Assembly: GCA_015494585.1 (NCBI GenBank)
Contig: WGAY01000036.1
Span: forward strand, 9,462 to 73,461
Direction of reading: 5' to 3'
DNA: 64,000 nucleotides
Origin: Candidatus Omnitrophota bacterium
Lineage (GTDB): Bacteria > Omnitrophota > Gorgyraeia > S143-82
The notes below the pieces were generated by a model. The model did not search any database and was not told the origin of the DNA. It saw nothing but the letters and a program-made list of their open reading frames with translations. Shown here in pieces: positions 40,229-49,421 of the stretch. The position numbers and the translations under genes were made by a program. Each line of letters starts with the position of its first letter. Within the stretch, counting starts at the first letter, position 1.

Positions 40229-41083
40229 TTACTGTCCCGTGAGGGCACCAGCAGTTATACCCTTTATTATATGCCTCTGCATCAATAGGTAAACGATTAT
40301 AACCGGAACAACGGTTATGGTCATACCCGCCATCAAGAGGGGATAATCCACGAGATGGACCCCCTGAAAGACCATTAATCCTCTTGGCAGAGGCATCTTC
40401 GCCTTATCCTGTAATATCAACATTGCGAGCAAGTATTCATTCCATACCATAAGAGTATTAAATATAATCACTACGGCCAGGGCAGGCCTTGCTAAGGGTA
40501 GAGCTACGTGAAGCCATATCCCCAGCCTGGAACAGCCATCTATACGCGCTGCATCTTCTAGATCCCGTGGTAGCTTATCAAAAAATGTCTTTAGCAAAAA
40601 TATCGCAAACGGCAACCCCATATTTATCTGGGGCAAGATATAACCAATCCTTGTATTCACCAGGCCCAGCATCTTGAGCAACACAAATAGAGCAATAAAT
40701 GCACCAGGGATCGGAATCATCATACTCGCTATCAAGAGGATGTAAAAGAAATTCTTAAAGGGAAATTCTAGCCTGGAAAAGGCATAGGCCGCCAGAGAAG
40801 AGAAAAGGACAATAGCAGTTACCACAACCACTGTATAAAAAAGGCTATTTAAAAAGTATTGTCCAAAACCGCCCTTGGTCCATGCGTAATAGAAATTCTC
40901 CCAGTGTTGCTGGGCAGGCCATAGACTCATATCCTTAAATACCGAAATCTTTGTCTTCAGGGCAGAGACAAACATCCACCAAAGAGGGAATAAACAAGAC
41001 AACGCCACTGCAGTAAGTACTAGATAAGATAGACTCAATTTGACAAATCTCTGCAGTCTATAAAATAGGGATTCGGACATCAT
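40229..41083 (-). CDS. Carbohydrate ABC transporter permease (MalG/UgpE-like)
   Basis: Six TM segments and the EAA-like loop (DLEDAARIDGCSRLGIWLHVALPLARP). Confidence 0.9.
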   Translation of the reverse strand: MMSESLFYRLQRFVKLSLSYLVLTAVALSCLFPLWWMFVSALKTKISVFKDMSLWPAQQHWENFYYAWTKGGFGQYFLNSLFYTVVVVTAIVLFSSLAAYAFSRLEFPFKNFFYILLIASMMIPIPGAFIALFVLLKMLGLVNTRIGYILPQINMGLPFAIFLLKTFFDKLPRDLEDAARIDGCSRLGIWLHVALPLARPALAVVIIFNTLMVWNEYLLAMLILQDKAKMPLPRGLMVFQGVHLVDYPLLMAGMTITVVPVIIVYLLMQRHIIKGITAGALTGQ

Positions 41084-41087
41084 ATTT

Positions 41088-41975
41088 TTATTCTCTCTTC
41101 ATCTTATTAGATACCCACAACTGCAACATCGATACAGTCAATAGAATAAGCCCAAAGGCAATCCCCTGGGCACAGGCATAACCAAACCTACCAGCACCCT
41201 GCATAGATGCCAGGATCCTTGTCACTGGCACCTCTGTATGATAGCCTGGACCACCATTTGTAGTGGCAGCGATTATATCGTAAATCTGCATACTACCCAA
41301 AATCGTCAATATGGAAACCAATATGAATACAGGTATCATAAGCGGCACAGTAATGTACCAAAACCTCTGCCAGGCATTGGCACCATCGACCCTTGCGGCC
41401 TCATATATTTGTTGGGGAATATTCTGAAGCCCTGCTAAAAAGATAACAAAACCCCAACCAAAGCCCCGCCACATATGCACAGCCGCAACCGCATTCAAGG
41501 CCGTCTTTGGATCAGCAAGCCAGTCCCTTACTAAGTGTTTTAGGCCCATATGGACCAGTGCTACATTCAAGATACCATCAGGATATCTAAATATCCACTT
41601 CCATATCAAACCAATAACAATCCCCGACAACACAGGGGGCAGGTAAAATATGACTCTGTAGACATGACCGCCCTTTATATCATTGGCACATAACAAGGCA
41701 AGTATCAGGGCAATACCATTTTGAATAGTCAACGCCAAAAAGGTAATCCAGGCCGCATTCATGACAGAACTCCACCATACCTTATCCTGGGTAAAGACCT
41801 CTACAAAATTGGCAAGACCGACAAACTGCATATTCGAAGAGATCCCATCCCAGGACATCAAAGATAACTGAAAGACCTTAAAAAAGGGATACAACCCAAA
41901 TACCAGAAACAAAAGCAAGGCAGGCAGTATAAATAGATAATTTGTCAAGGTATACCATCTCTTTACCATAATCAC
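41088..41975 (-). CDS. Carbohydrate ABC transporter permease (MalF/UgpA-like)
   Basis: EAA loop (IYEAARVDGANAWQRFWYITVPLMIP). Confidence 0.9.
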   Translation of the reverse strand: MIMVKRWYTLTNYLFILPALLLFLVFGLYPFFKVFQLSLMSWDGISSNMQFVGLANFVEVFTQDKVWWSSVMNAAWITFLALTIQNGIALILALLCANDIKGGHVYRVIFYLPPVLSGIVIGLIWKWIFRYPDGILNVALVHMGLKHLVRDWLADPKTALNAVAAVHMWRGFGWGFVIFLAGLQNIPQQIYEAARVDGANAWQRFWYITVPLMIPVFILVSILTILGSMQIYDIIAATTNGGPGYHTEVPVTRILASMQGAGRFGYACAQGIAFGLILLTVSMLQLWVSNKMKRE

Positions 41976-41981
41976 ACCAAA

Positions 41982-43349
41982 TCAACTAGCCGTATTGTTC
42001 TGCTTTTGTCTCTTCTTTTCCATCTGGCGAGCCTTGACCTTCTGAACCTCTTCTGCTACTTGTTTAGCGGTCTTTTCTCCCGTAATAATAGACTGAAGGC
42101 CCTTGTCAAAGGCCTCTACAACCACTGAATCCTCTTGAACCGGAAAGTTTCTCGGATGATAAACATATTTCATTCCACTCAAAAATCCCTTTAACTCTTC
42201 CGGTACAGACTCGAGACACCCCCTGACCGCCGGTATGCTCAAGGTCTCTTTGGCCAGCCTTACCTGTTGCTCTTTCTGGGTAAGCCAATTCAGAAATTCA
42301 ACGGCCATCTGGCTTTTATCAGACTTAGCATTTACAGCAAACCATGTCCCAGCACCACCCCAAACCCCTCTGGGATTAGCATTAGAGACCTTAGGCGGAA
42401 GTATTATTCCTATTTCTATCTCGGGATTCATATCCTTATACACATGAACCGCCCATGAACCATTGAAAGCAAAGGCGTCCTTTTCTAGAGCAAACTCCAG
42501 TTCTGCATCTTTATTGGATTTTATTACCACCCCTGACGCAAACACCCCTGCACGAGCCATTCGCTCTATTATGGAGAAGACCTTTATCCAATCGGGATCT
42601 GTATATGGAACATCGCCCCTATAGGTGGCAATCATCTTCTCCTCACCCATAATATTCCAGGCAAAATTAGAGGCCATACAATCTATAAGCCAAGGTTCGC
42701 TAAAACCGCTTACCAGCCCCTGATATCCGGCCTTTTTTACGGCTTCTACCGCAGCCAAAAATTCATCCAGGGTCTGAGGTGGATTTTGAGGGTCTAGTCC
42801 CGCTTCACGAAAAATCTTTTTGTTATATATATATTGGATATTAATTACGTCTATGGGCACCCCATAGATTCCACTCTCTACACCAAACTCATTCCCGGAG
42901 ACAAAAGAAACGCTCTTTAATGCCTCAGGAAAAAACCTGCCCTTCCACTCCTGGTTGTTCTTTTCCATATAGGAATCTAGCTTTAAGACATGGCCTGCCT
43001 TTACAAAGTTTGCAAAGTCACGTTTACTGCCCAGTATACCGTATATCTCTGGGAGAGTATTGGTCTGGGCTGATGCAATTATTTTCTGATTATAGGCCTC
43101 CGAAGGTGCAAAGACTTCCATCTTTACATAAACACCTGTCTTTTCGTAATACTCTCTAGCCAGTTCATTAAGGGCATCTTCCTTATCCGTTAGCCAATGC
43201 CACATAACAACCGTTTTGGACGGATCCGCATTTATCTTATTTTTAGGGGAAAGGCTACAACCTGAAATAAGTAAGAAGGGAAGGAAAGACATAAAAATAC
43301 CCGCAGATATAATCAGCCGTTTCATAAATTTCTCCTTTCGATTTGTCAT
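41982..43349 (-). CDS. Extracellular solute-binding protein (family 1) lipoprotein for the sugar ABC importer
   Basis: Lipobox (LISGCS). About 450 aa with the MalE-like layout (WHWLTDKEDA...). Confidence 0.85.
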   Translation of the reverse strand: MTNRKEKFMKRLIISAGIFMSFLPFLLISGCSLSPKNKINADPSKTVVMWHWLTDKEDALNELAREYYEKTGVYVKMEVFAPSEAYNQKIIASAQTNTLPEIYGILGSKRDFANFVKAGHVLKLDSYMEKNNQEWKGRFFPEALKSVSFVSGNEFGVESGIYGVPIDVINIQYIYNKKIFREAGLDPQNPPQTLDEFLAAVEAVKKAGYQGLVSGFSEPWLIDCMASNFAWNIMGEEKMIATYRGDVPYTDPDWIKVFSIIERMARAGVFASGVVIKSNKDAELEFALEKDAFAFNGSWAVHVYKDMNPEIEIGIILPPKVSNANPRGVWGGAGTWFAVNAKSDKSQMAVEFLNWLTQKEQQVRLAKETLSIPAVRGCLESVPEELKGFLSGMKYVYHPRNFPVQEDSVVVEAFDKGLQSIITGEKTAKQVAEEVQKVKARQMEKKRQKQNNTAS

Positions 43350-43365
43350 ACGCTAATGTACGACA
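43344..43365. promoter_or_regulatory. Candidate operator: inverted repeat TGTCATAC-N6-GTACGACA upstream of the ABC transporter operon
   Basis: 8 bp arms with one mismatch, 6 bp spacer. Located between promoter-like elements and the RBS (AAAGGAGAAATTT) of the solute-binding-protein gene. Confidence 0.3.
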
Positions 43366-43446
43366 TACACAAGGGCGGAGTATACTTTACCATAGTAAGA
43401 TTGTGGCGTCAATAGTATCGTAAAGATATAGAACAGATATGGCCTG

Positions 43447-44766
43447 CTATTCTAAATATGCCAATTTTCTCTCATAATCCCACTTAGGATAATCCTTAAA
43501 AGGTACAAAATGGATATTGGTATTTATTCCCTTTCTCGATCGTATCGCCTCAGCCATTGTTCCGGCATATAGAAGAAGATCGCCTTTTATAGAATCTGTC
43601 TTTAACTGAAAAAAGATATCGACACCATCCAGGCCCTTTTTCATCTTAAAGGCACCTGTACACCTGGACGCCAGAGCCTCTGTAGAATACAACAAATCTT
43701 TGACCTCCTCCACATACAAAGTCTCTCCAGCTATTTCCAGAGATCTGGGTTTACCCCAGAGGAGGCACAAAGGCCAACGAAGGCCTTCGTCTTCTATACC
43801 ATAACGCGCCACTGCCTCTTCATAGCTCATTAGTCTCACAATCTCCTCTCCGCCATATCTGAGTAAAGGCATCGCTGTATCAAATAACGTCGAGATCACT
43901 AGCCTACTCCCCAACTCTTCCATAAGGAACATTTGCGGACTGTATTGAAATACCATCGGGTAAAATCCATAACCAAAGTCCTCTTCCCGACGAATTATTT
44001 CCTTACGCACCTTGACAGTAAAAGGCGTCTCAAAACACACATTAAGCCCTAACTCTGCCATACCAAAAGAAGAAAATATATCTCTTATTCCAAATGTCTT
44101 TTCAAGATAGATACGATAAGATTCAGGAAATGGCTCCTCCCCTATTATTAGTTTCAAAGCAGTTCCTGCGGCCGCCTCTTTAAAACCCATCTCCAGTAGA
44201 TTTTTCACAAAGGTATTATCCCCGATGAGGATAATCTGGGAAAAATGCCTTCCAAACCGCTTGGCTACTTCTATCGCAGTATCCTCTCTTACACTAGTAT
44301 TTATCACCGAACAAAGAGAGCTGGTTACATATATCCCCATCGACAATGTATTGATTATTAAGGTGGGAACCTTTGCAACACCAAAAAAGAGGTCCAATAA
44401 TAGATCTTGCTGCAACTCTGAGTAGTCGAGCTCCTTTTTAGCAACAACACCAAAAGAAAAAAGTCCACCAGCTCCAGAACTCGGAATAAGCGAAAGAGGC
44501 ACAGGACGATTTTTATATCCAGGAAGGACGAAATCCATCTCGCCAATATGAACTAACCTCTCCTTCTCCAAGACAGGCAATGAAAGGAAGTCTCTATACG
44601 AACCTAAGGGATAGCTAATACCTTCCTCTTTTAAGAACCTCTGGTATCCAGCGGACAAAGAAATTATGCGATTTGCCCTTTTGAGAATAGAGACAGGGGA
44701 AGGATGAATCCCTAATCGAGGGAGCCTCTGGCGGAACAGCCATTTCAACAGATAATATTTCCGCAT
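43447..44766 (-). CDS. PaaK/CapK-like adenylate-forming enzyme (phenylacetate-CoA-ligase superfamily), putative
   Basis: 439 aa with a degenerate P-loop-like IPSSGAGGLFSF and a PaaK-like two-domain size. The assignment is by architecture only. Confidence 0.4.
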   Translation of the reverse strand: MRKYYLLKWLFRQRLPRLGIHPSPVSILKRANRIISLSAGYQRFLKEEGISYPLGSYRDFLSLPVLEKERLVHIGEMDFVLPGYKNRPVPLSLIPSSGAGGLFSFGVVAKKELDYSELQQDLLLDLFFGVAKVPTLIINTLSMGIYVTSSLCSVINTSVREDTAIEVAKRFGRHFSQIILIGDNTFVKNLLEMGFKEAAAGTALKLIIGEEPFPESYRIYLEKTFGIRDIFSSFGMAELGLNVCFETPFTVKVRKEIIRREEDFGYGFYPMVFQYSPQMFLMEELGSRLVISTLFDTAMPLLRYGGEEIVRLMSYEEAVARYGIEDEGLRWPLCLLWGKPRSLEIAGETLYVEEVKDLLYSTEALASRCTGAFKMKKGLDGVDIFFQLKTDSIKGDLLLYAGTMAEAIRSRKGINTNIHFVPFKDYPKWDYERKLAYLE

Positions 44767-44778
44767 ATGAATCTAAAT

Positions 44779-45477
44779 TTAACTCTTAAAATATTCATAG
44801 AATGCAGGTGCAGTTTCTAATACCGTCTTCTCTGCCTCAGGAAGATACAAAACATAGGGATACACCGTACCCATACATTCAACCGGACCACCTACCTGAG
44901 TAAATCTTACCCCTGTTTTAGATAGAAGCTTCTCCAGGGACTTCTCCATCAAGGCCGTCCACCAATTGATACTATTTGCCTTTGAGTATTTATAGGCGGC
45001 CTTATAGAGGCCAAAGACCATTGGCCTATAGCGTCGATTATCTTTGTTAGGATGATTATCTAGATAACTGTCTACCTCGTAATAGAGTGCATCTCCTTGT
45101 CTCTGTCTAAACCCTTTCGATATAACAAGTCTAGAAATCTCAACCGCATTCTCTTCCATTAAACGAATCTTCAGATCTTCAGGGACATGCCGTTCGATTG
45201 GTGCCGCTAATTTTACAGAAAACATAGGAATAAGTCGCATATAACCTATTAAGAAATCTCCTGCAAAGGCACCAAAATGGACAGAAATATCATCCCAATC
45301 ATCTAACTCCGTTTGATCAGGATAATCTTCCTCTCGGATAAAACCACATTCATAACAATATACCTGAAAGCGCAAAGGCCCAGCAAGGCTTGCCACCTCC
45401 TCCAAGGAAAGCTGGCGAAAACAAAACGAAAGCCCCCCTATCTTCTCTATACTTTTATACATCTCCCCCATAATCAC
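44779..45477 (-). CDS. LuxI/FeeM-like N-acyl amino acid synthase-type GNAT acyltransferase (PEP-CTERM/exosortase-associated family)
   Basis: LRFQVYCYECGFI...DDWDDISVHFGAF...LIGYMRLIP...EISRLVISKGFRQRQ matches autoinducer-synthase-like acyltransferases of the exosortase-associated family. Confidence 0.6.
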   Translation of the reverse strand: MIMGEMYKSIEKIGGLSFCFRQLSLEEVASLAGPLRFQVYCYECGFIREEDYPDQTELDDWDDISVHFGAFAGDFLIGYMRLIPMFSVKLAAPIERHVPEDLKIRLMEENAVEISRLVISKGFRQRQGDALYYEVDSYLDNHPNKDNRRYRPMVFGLYKAAYKYSKANSINWWTALMEKSLEKLLSKTGVRFTQVGGPVECMGTVYPYVLYLPEAEKTVLETAPAFYEYFKS

Positions 45478-45514
45478 AGGTTAGCACCCTTTTTATCAAC
45501 TAGCAATAAAAAAA

Positions 45515-45588
45515 TGGCGGTGACTGGACTCGAACCAGTGACGCCGCGGGTATGAGCCGCGTGCTCTGACCACCTGAGCTACACCGCC
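45515..45588 (-). tRNA. tRNA-Met (CAT anticodon, elongator or Ile2-lysidine type)
   Basis: Minus-sense GGCGGTGTAGCTCAGGTGGTCAGAGCACGCGGCTCATACCCGCGGCGTCACTGGTTCGAGTCCAGTCACCGCCA gives a cloverleaf with anticodon loop CTCATAC. G1:C72 and a C29:G41 pair argue against initiator type. Followed by T7. Confidence 0.85.
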
Positions 45589-45617
45589 ATATGTAAGTTT
45601 TTATTATATCTTCTAGT

Positions 45618-45650
45618 AAAGAAAAAGGCCAGCAATTTCTTGCTGGCCCT
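45618..45650 (-). terminator. Rho-independent terminator after the PEP-CTERM gene
   Basis: Minus-sense GGCCAGCAA-gaaa-TTGCTGGCC, a perfect 9 bp stem, followed by TTTTTCTTT. Confidence 0.6.
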
Positions 45651-45672
45651 TTGACAATCTCCTAAATACAAA

Positions 45673-46545
45673 TTACCTTCTTCTCCTCCTAAGGACTAGA
45701 CCAACCAGACCAAATCCAAGAAGGAGCGCACTTGCAGGCTCTGGAACCATATCAGAATCAGCATACGTATTTGCCTGCTGGGTCCCTGCACCTGTAACTA
45801 TCCAACCCAGCCTTGTATTATCTGGTTTGGTATTAAAGTCTACACGAATGTCAGAGCCATCCTGCTGAGTATTGGTATCAAAATAATCCTGCCAAAGCCC
45901 ACCAATTACATCGAAGTACGCACTACCATTACCTGTCAGATTAACATAGTCGAAGTTGTTTTTCATAGTAAAATTATAACCATATTGGTCTGACAGGATA
46001 TGTCCTTGCAAATCTAGTAGTAACTCACCATTGGTTACAGTTGGGAATGTAGCTGTACCTGTGCGAGCACTTGGTCCCTGAACAGTGTAATCCTTAGAAT
46101 AATCTCTATAGATCAATGCTCTTCCACCCACCGAATAGGTGTATCCCTGGGCAGAAATATCGATATCATCAAATCCATAATAAAACATCGTAATCTCATA
46201 AGGAGCCGTATACTTATTGAAGACTACTGTATCGCCACTCAAACCCGTTGGGTCAAAGAATCCATCATTATTCGTATCCTGAACAATGTAAGCAATACGA
46301 CCTATTCCAAAGCTGTCCTCCTGACCATCTCCACTGGGCAACTGAGGCAAAGGAGATCCTCCAGAACCATCATATGGATTGTCGTTGATGGGCATCCACT
46401 TGCCGGCCTGGGCATCATAATTATATAACCTACCCCAGTCGTGAAGGTCGTCAAAAAATATACGAGTAGGGATAGCGTGGGCCACCGCCTGCCAGCCCAA
46501 GAACAACACACCCAGCACACTTGCTAAAGCCAATCTCTTTATCAT
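45673..46545 (-). CDS. PEP-CTERM sorting-signal protein (exosortase substrate)
   Basis: Signal peptide (MIKRLALASVLGVLFLGWQAVAHA), a G/Y/D/T-rich body, and a C-terminal VPEPASALLLGFGLVGLVLRRRRR (PEP motif, TM helix, Arg cluster). Confidence 0.8.
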   Translation of the reverse strand: MIKRLALASVLGVLFLGWQAVAHAIPTRIFFDDLHDWGRLYNYDAQAGKWMPINDNPYDGSGGSPLPQLPSGDGQEDSFGIGRIAYIVQDTNNDGFFDPTGLSGDTVVFNKYTAPYEITMFYYGFDDIDISAQGYTYSVGGRALIYRDYSKDYTVQGPSARTGTATFPTVTNGELLLDLQGHILSDQYGYNFTMKNNFDYVNLTGNGSAYFDVIGGLWQDYFDTNTQQDGSDIRVDFNTKPDNTRLGWIVTGAGTQQANTYADSDMVPEPASALLLGFGLVGLVLRRRRR

Positions 46546-46789
46546 CTCTTACCTCCTTTTTTACCACGCTTTCTATTTCCTTTTTTAGCCAATGTAAATA
46601 CACATCAACGGCTATTATTTATAATGCATACTCTGTGCCAATTCCCAAAAATCCTCATCAATGTCATAACATACTTAGATATAAATAGGTTACAGAGAAC
46701 ACTAAATGGAGCACAAGGAGATGGCTCCAATTTAATATGTATATTTTTTTTACATTATGCTATTAAAAGATACATTGGGGCCATTAAAA

Positions 46790-47227
46790 TCATTCAATAG
46801 AAACCTTACCAGACAATGCTGAAACACATACATCCCTGGCCTTGCCCATATCATTACTCACCTCTAAACAGACCCTTGTCTGGGCCTCTCCAGAGGGGAA
46901 AAATACCACTTCATTGCCACCCTGCCAAGCTACATCCAGTCCTTTTGGCAGACAATATCTCTTATCAAGAGCCGTCCACTGTTCCTGGTCTTCTCGAAGA
47001 CTTACCGTCAAACAAGAAGAGGTGTCCAATTCCACCTTTGTCCATCTCCTCCTGGAGATGGCTTCCATCCTTGCATAGTTAAACAGGGCAACACTTCCTC
47101 TCAATGCCGACTTAAGTCGCATCCTTTGAGATCCGCCCCTCAAAAAAGGAATCCCTACCCCCAGCATTATGGTAATAATTGCAAGCACAACCAGTATCTC
47201 TATTAGAGTAAAGCCAGCTCTCGCCAT
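46790..47227 (-). CDS. GspH-like minor pseudopilin (prepilin-type N-terminal methylation domain)
   Basis: MARAGFTLIEILVVLAIITIMLGV N-terminus (G|FTLIE cleavage/methylation motif). Confidence 0.7.
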   Translation of the reverse strand: MARAGFTLIEILVVLAIITIMLGVGIPFLRGGSQRMRLKSALRGSVALFNYARMEAISRRRWTKVELDTSSCLTVSLREDQEQWTALDKRYCLPKGLDVAWQGGNEVVFFPSGEAQTRVCLEVSNDMGKARDVCVSALSGKVSIE

Positions 47228-47228
47228 C

Positions 47229-47666
47229 TTACCAATTGGTTATATCGTCTTTTTCACCTTTGTCATCCTTGCCGTTTTGGCCAAAGGAGTAGAGGTCGAA
47301 CTTATATTTGTGATGGACTCCAGGATAGGTATACACATAAGGGTTGCCCCAGGGATCAACAAATTCCCCTTTATCATTCAATTGATCCTCCTTGAACTCC
47401 ATATAAGGGCCGTACCAATCTGGATTATCCTCGTTATCACTCAATGCCTTTACCACGTCTGCTATATCACCCCTAGGATATGATCCCATATCTTCCTGAT
47501 ACTGCTCTAGCGCTGACTCAAGTGCGGCTATCTCTGCCTTGGCTCGAGAGATGGTGGCCCTTCTGCGGGCAGCCTGATTGGCGGTGGTAATAAGTCCTGC
47601 CAGTATCATAATTATGGCAATAACGACTAACAGCTCTATAAGGGTAAAGGCTCTCTTCATCCCCAC
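47229..47666 (-). CDS. gspG: Type II secretion major pseudopilin GspG-like
   Basis: KRAFTLIELLVVIAIIMILAGL...RAKAEIAALESAL..Y..D.G.YP...NPYVYTYPG...FDLYSFGQNGKDDKGEKDDITNW matches GspG/PulG conserved blocks. Confidence 0.85.
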   Translation of the reverse strand: MGMKRAFTLIELLVVIAIIMILAGLITTANQAARRRATISRAKAEIAALESALEQYQEDMGSYPRGDIADVVKALSDNEDNPDWYGPYMEFKEDQLNDKGEFVDPWGNPYVYTYPGVHHKYKFDLYSFGQNGKDDKGEKDDITNW

Positions 47667-47675
47667 GCTCCTTTC

Positions 47676-48506
47676 CTATAGAGGCTCAAGTACCCTATCT
47701 ATAATGGGCAGGGCCGTCTCGATGTGCCTTATCGGCATCAGATGGATTCCATCACACAATGGACGAATAGCCTCAATTATTTCCAGGGCCATCTTCTGCC
47801 CACAGGCGATCTTATCCTTTGCTGAGGATATGCGTTCTATCATCCCCTCAGGGACATATATGCCAGGGATATTCTCGTTCATATAAACGGCCATTCGCTC
47901 TGAACGCAGTGGAATAATCCCTGCAAGGATGGGCAGCCCTAGTCTTTTCGTCCTTTCTATAAAACGCTCAAATCTATCTATATCATAGACCGCCTGGGTC
48001 TGGAAAAAACGCGCCCCTGCCTTGGCCTTCGCCTCCATCTTGGCAAATTCCACATCCATATCATCTGCACCAGGGTTTGCGGCCGCACCCGTACAGATGG
48101 AAGTATTTTCAGCAATCCAGCGAATAAGAGAAACGGTATCCATATCAAAGACAGCACTGGCACCTGGATGGTCACCTATATGCGTGGGATCCCCTCCCAG
48201 GATAAGCATATTTTCTATACCGAAGCTGGCCAGACCATAGATATCCCCCTTAATGGCAAGTTCATTTCTATCCCTACAGGTATACTGGACAATCGGATTA
48301 ACCCCATATCTTAATGCCCACAATCCAGCCGCCCATGGACTCATCTTTAGATTTGCACCAGGCATGTCGGTTATATTTACTGCATCCACCTTATCTTTGA
48401 CCAGGGAAAATTCCCTGACCATTTCTTCAATATCCATCCCACTGACAGGGTTTATCTCAATAGTAATGAGAAAATCTTTTTGACGGCTTAGATCAGATAT
48501 CTTCAT
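47676..48506 (-). CDS. metF: Methylenetetrahydrofolate reductase
   Basis: MTHFR TIM-barrel layout (ITIEINPVSG...VNITD...QYTCRDRN...LILGGDP...FFQTQAVYD). Confidence 0.85.
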   Translation of the reverse strand: MKISDLSRQKDFLITIEINPVSGMDIEEMVREFSLVKDKVDAVNITDMPGANLKMSPWAAGLWALRYGVNPIVQYTCRDRNELAIKGDIYGLASFGIENMLILGGDPTHIGDHPGASAVFDMDTVSLIRWIAENTSICTGAAANPGADDMDVEFAKMEAKAKAGARFFQTQAVYDIDRFERFIERTKRLGLPILAGIIPLRSERMAVYMNENIPGIYVPEGMIERISSAKDKIACGQKMALEIIEAIRPLCDGIHLMPIRHIETALPIIDRVLEPL

Positions 48507-49380
48507 CTAATCCTTTATCTCCCAATTTCTGGGCCACCAATAGGTAGAGATTCTCCATAAGTACTGCCGAAGTAACCGGACCAACTCCTCCTGGCACAGG
48601 GGTTATTAACTCAGCCCTATCTTTAGCTGTATCGAACTCAATGTCTCCCACCATCTTGCCACTGACAAAGTTGATTCCAACGTCTATGACCACAGTCCCT
48701 TCTCTAATCCACTCTCCTTTCACCAGACCGGCCTTGCCCACTGCAGAGACCAGGATCTCGGCCCTGGAGATATGTTCTGGTAAAAGTCCCCTGTCGTAGG
48801 TAGGATAATGACAGACTGTAACGGTTGCCCGTCTCTGGGCGAGGATCAGACTAAGGGGCCGTCCTACTACCGCACCCTGGCCGATGATAACCACTTCCTT
48901 TCCATACAAGTCCACCCCTATTGCATCCAGGATGTGAACTACGGCGCGTGGTGTAGTTGGAAAAATCGTATCCTCCTGACGAAACATCAGTCCAAAGACA
49001 TTCTCAGGGGAAAGGCCTTCGACATCTTTTTCTTTCTTTAACAACTTTAAGGAATTAAAGACATCGACCCCTGGCGGCATAGGTGTATGCAGTATCACTC
49101 CATCTACTACCTCGTCTCTGTTTGCCATAAGCACTGCATTGTTGAGTTCCTCCTGATATGGACCAACCCGACGATGCCTATACTCTACTCCAAGCCTCTG
49201 GGCCAATCTTTGCTGGGAACGAATATAGGCAGCGGTGTCAGGGTTTGAGCCTGATTCTATCCCCAATAGGGTTGGTTTCCGTCCTAAAAGCTCAGATGCC
49301 TTTTTTATTTTCGGCATTAGATCTTCAATAATACTGTTCGCTATGGCTCTGCCATCTATTATATTGCCGTTTACAACCAT
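48493..49380 (-). CDS. folD: Bifunctional methylenetetrahydrofolate dehydrogenase/cyclohydrolase
   Basis: MVVNGNIIDGRAIA...GKEVVIIGQGAVVGRPLS...GGVGPVT. The internal ATG at 49380 was chosen as start (typical FolD N-terminus). Confidence 0.9.
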   Translation of the reverse strand: MVVNGNIIDGRAIANSIIEDLMPKIKKASELLGRKPTLLGIESGSNPDTAAYIRSQQRLAQRLGVEYRHRRVGPYQEELNNAVLMANRDEVVDGVILHTPMPPGVDVFNSLKLLKKEKDVEGLSPENVFGLMFRQEDTIFPTTPRAVVHILDAIGVDLYGKEVVIIGQGAVVGRPLSLILAQRRATVTVCHYPTYDRGLLPEHISRAEILVSAVGKAGLVKGEWIREGTVVIDVGINFVSGKMVGDIEFDTAKDRAELITPVPGGVGPVTSAVLMENLYLLVAQKLGDKGLDEDI

Positions 49381-49421
49381 AAAACACCATCCAGACCTCT
49401 GGTTTTCAAAATCCAATCATC

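Noticed and set aside
46546-46789. GGAGC-N11-GCTCC hairpin with a distal T-run as a plus-strand terminator
   Set aside because: The T-tract is about 18 nt from the stem, and no plus-strand gene ends upstream.
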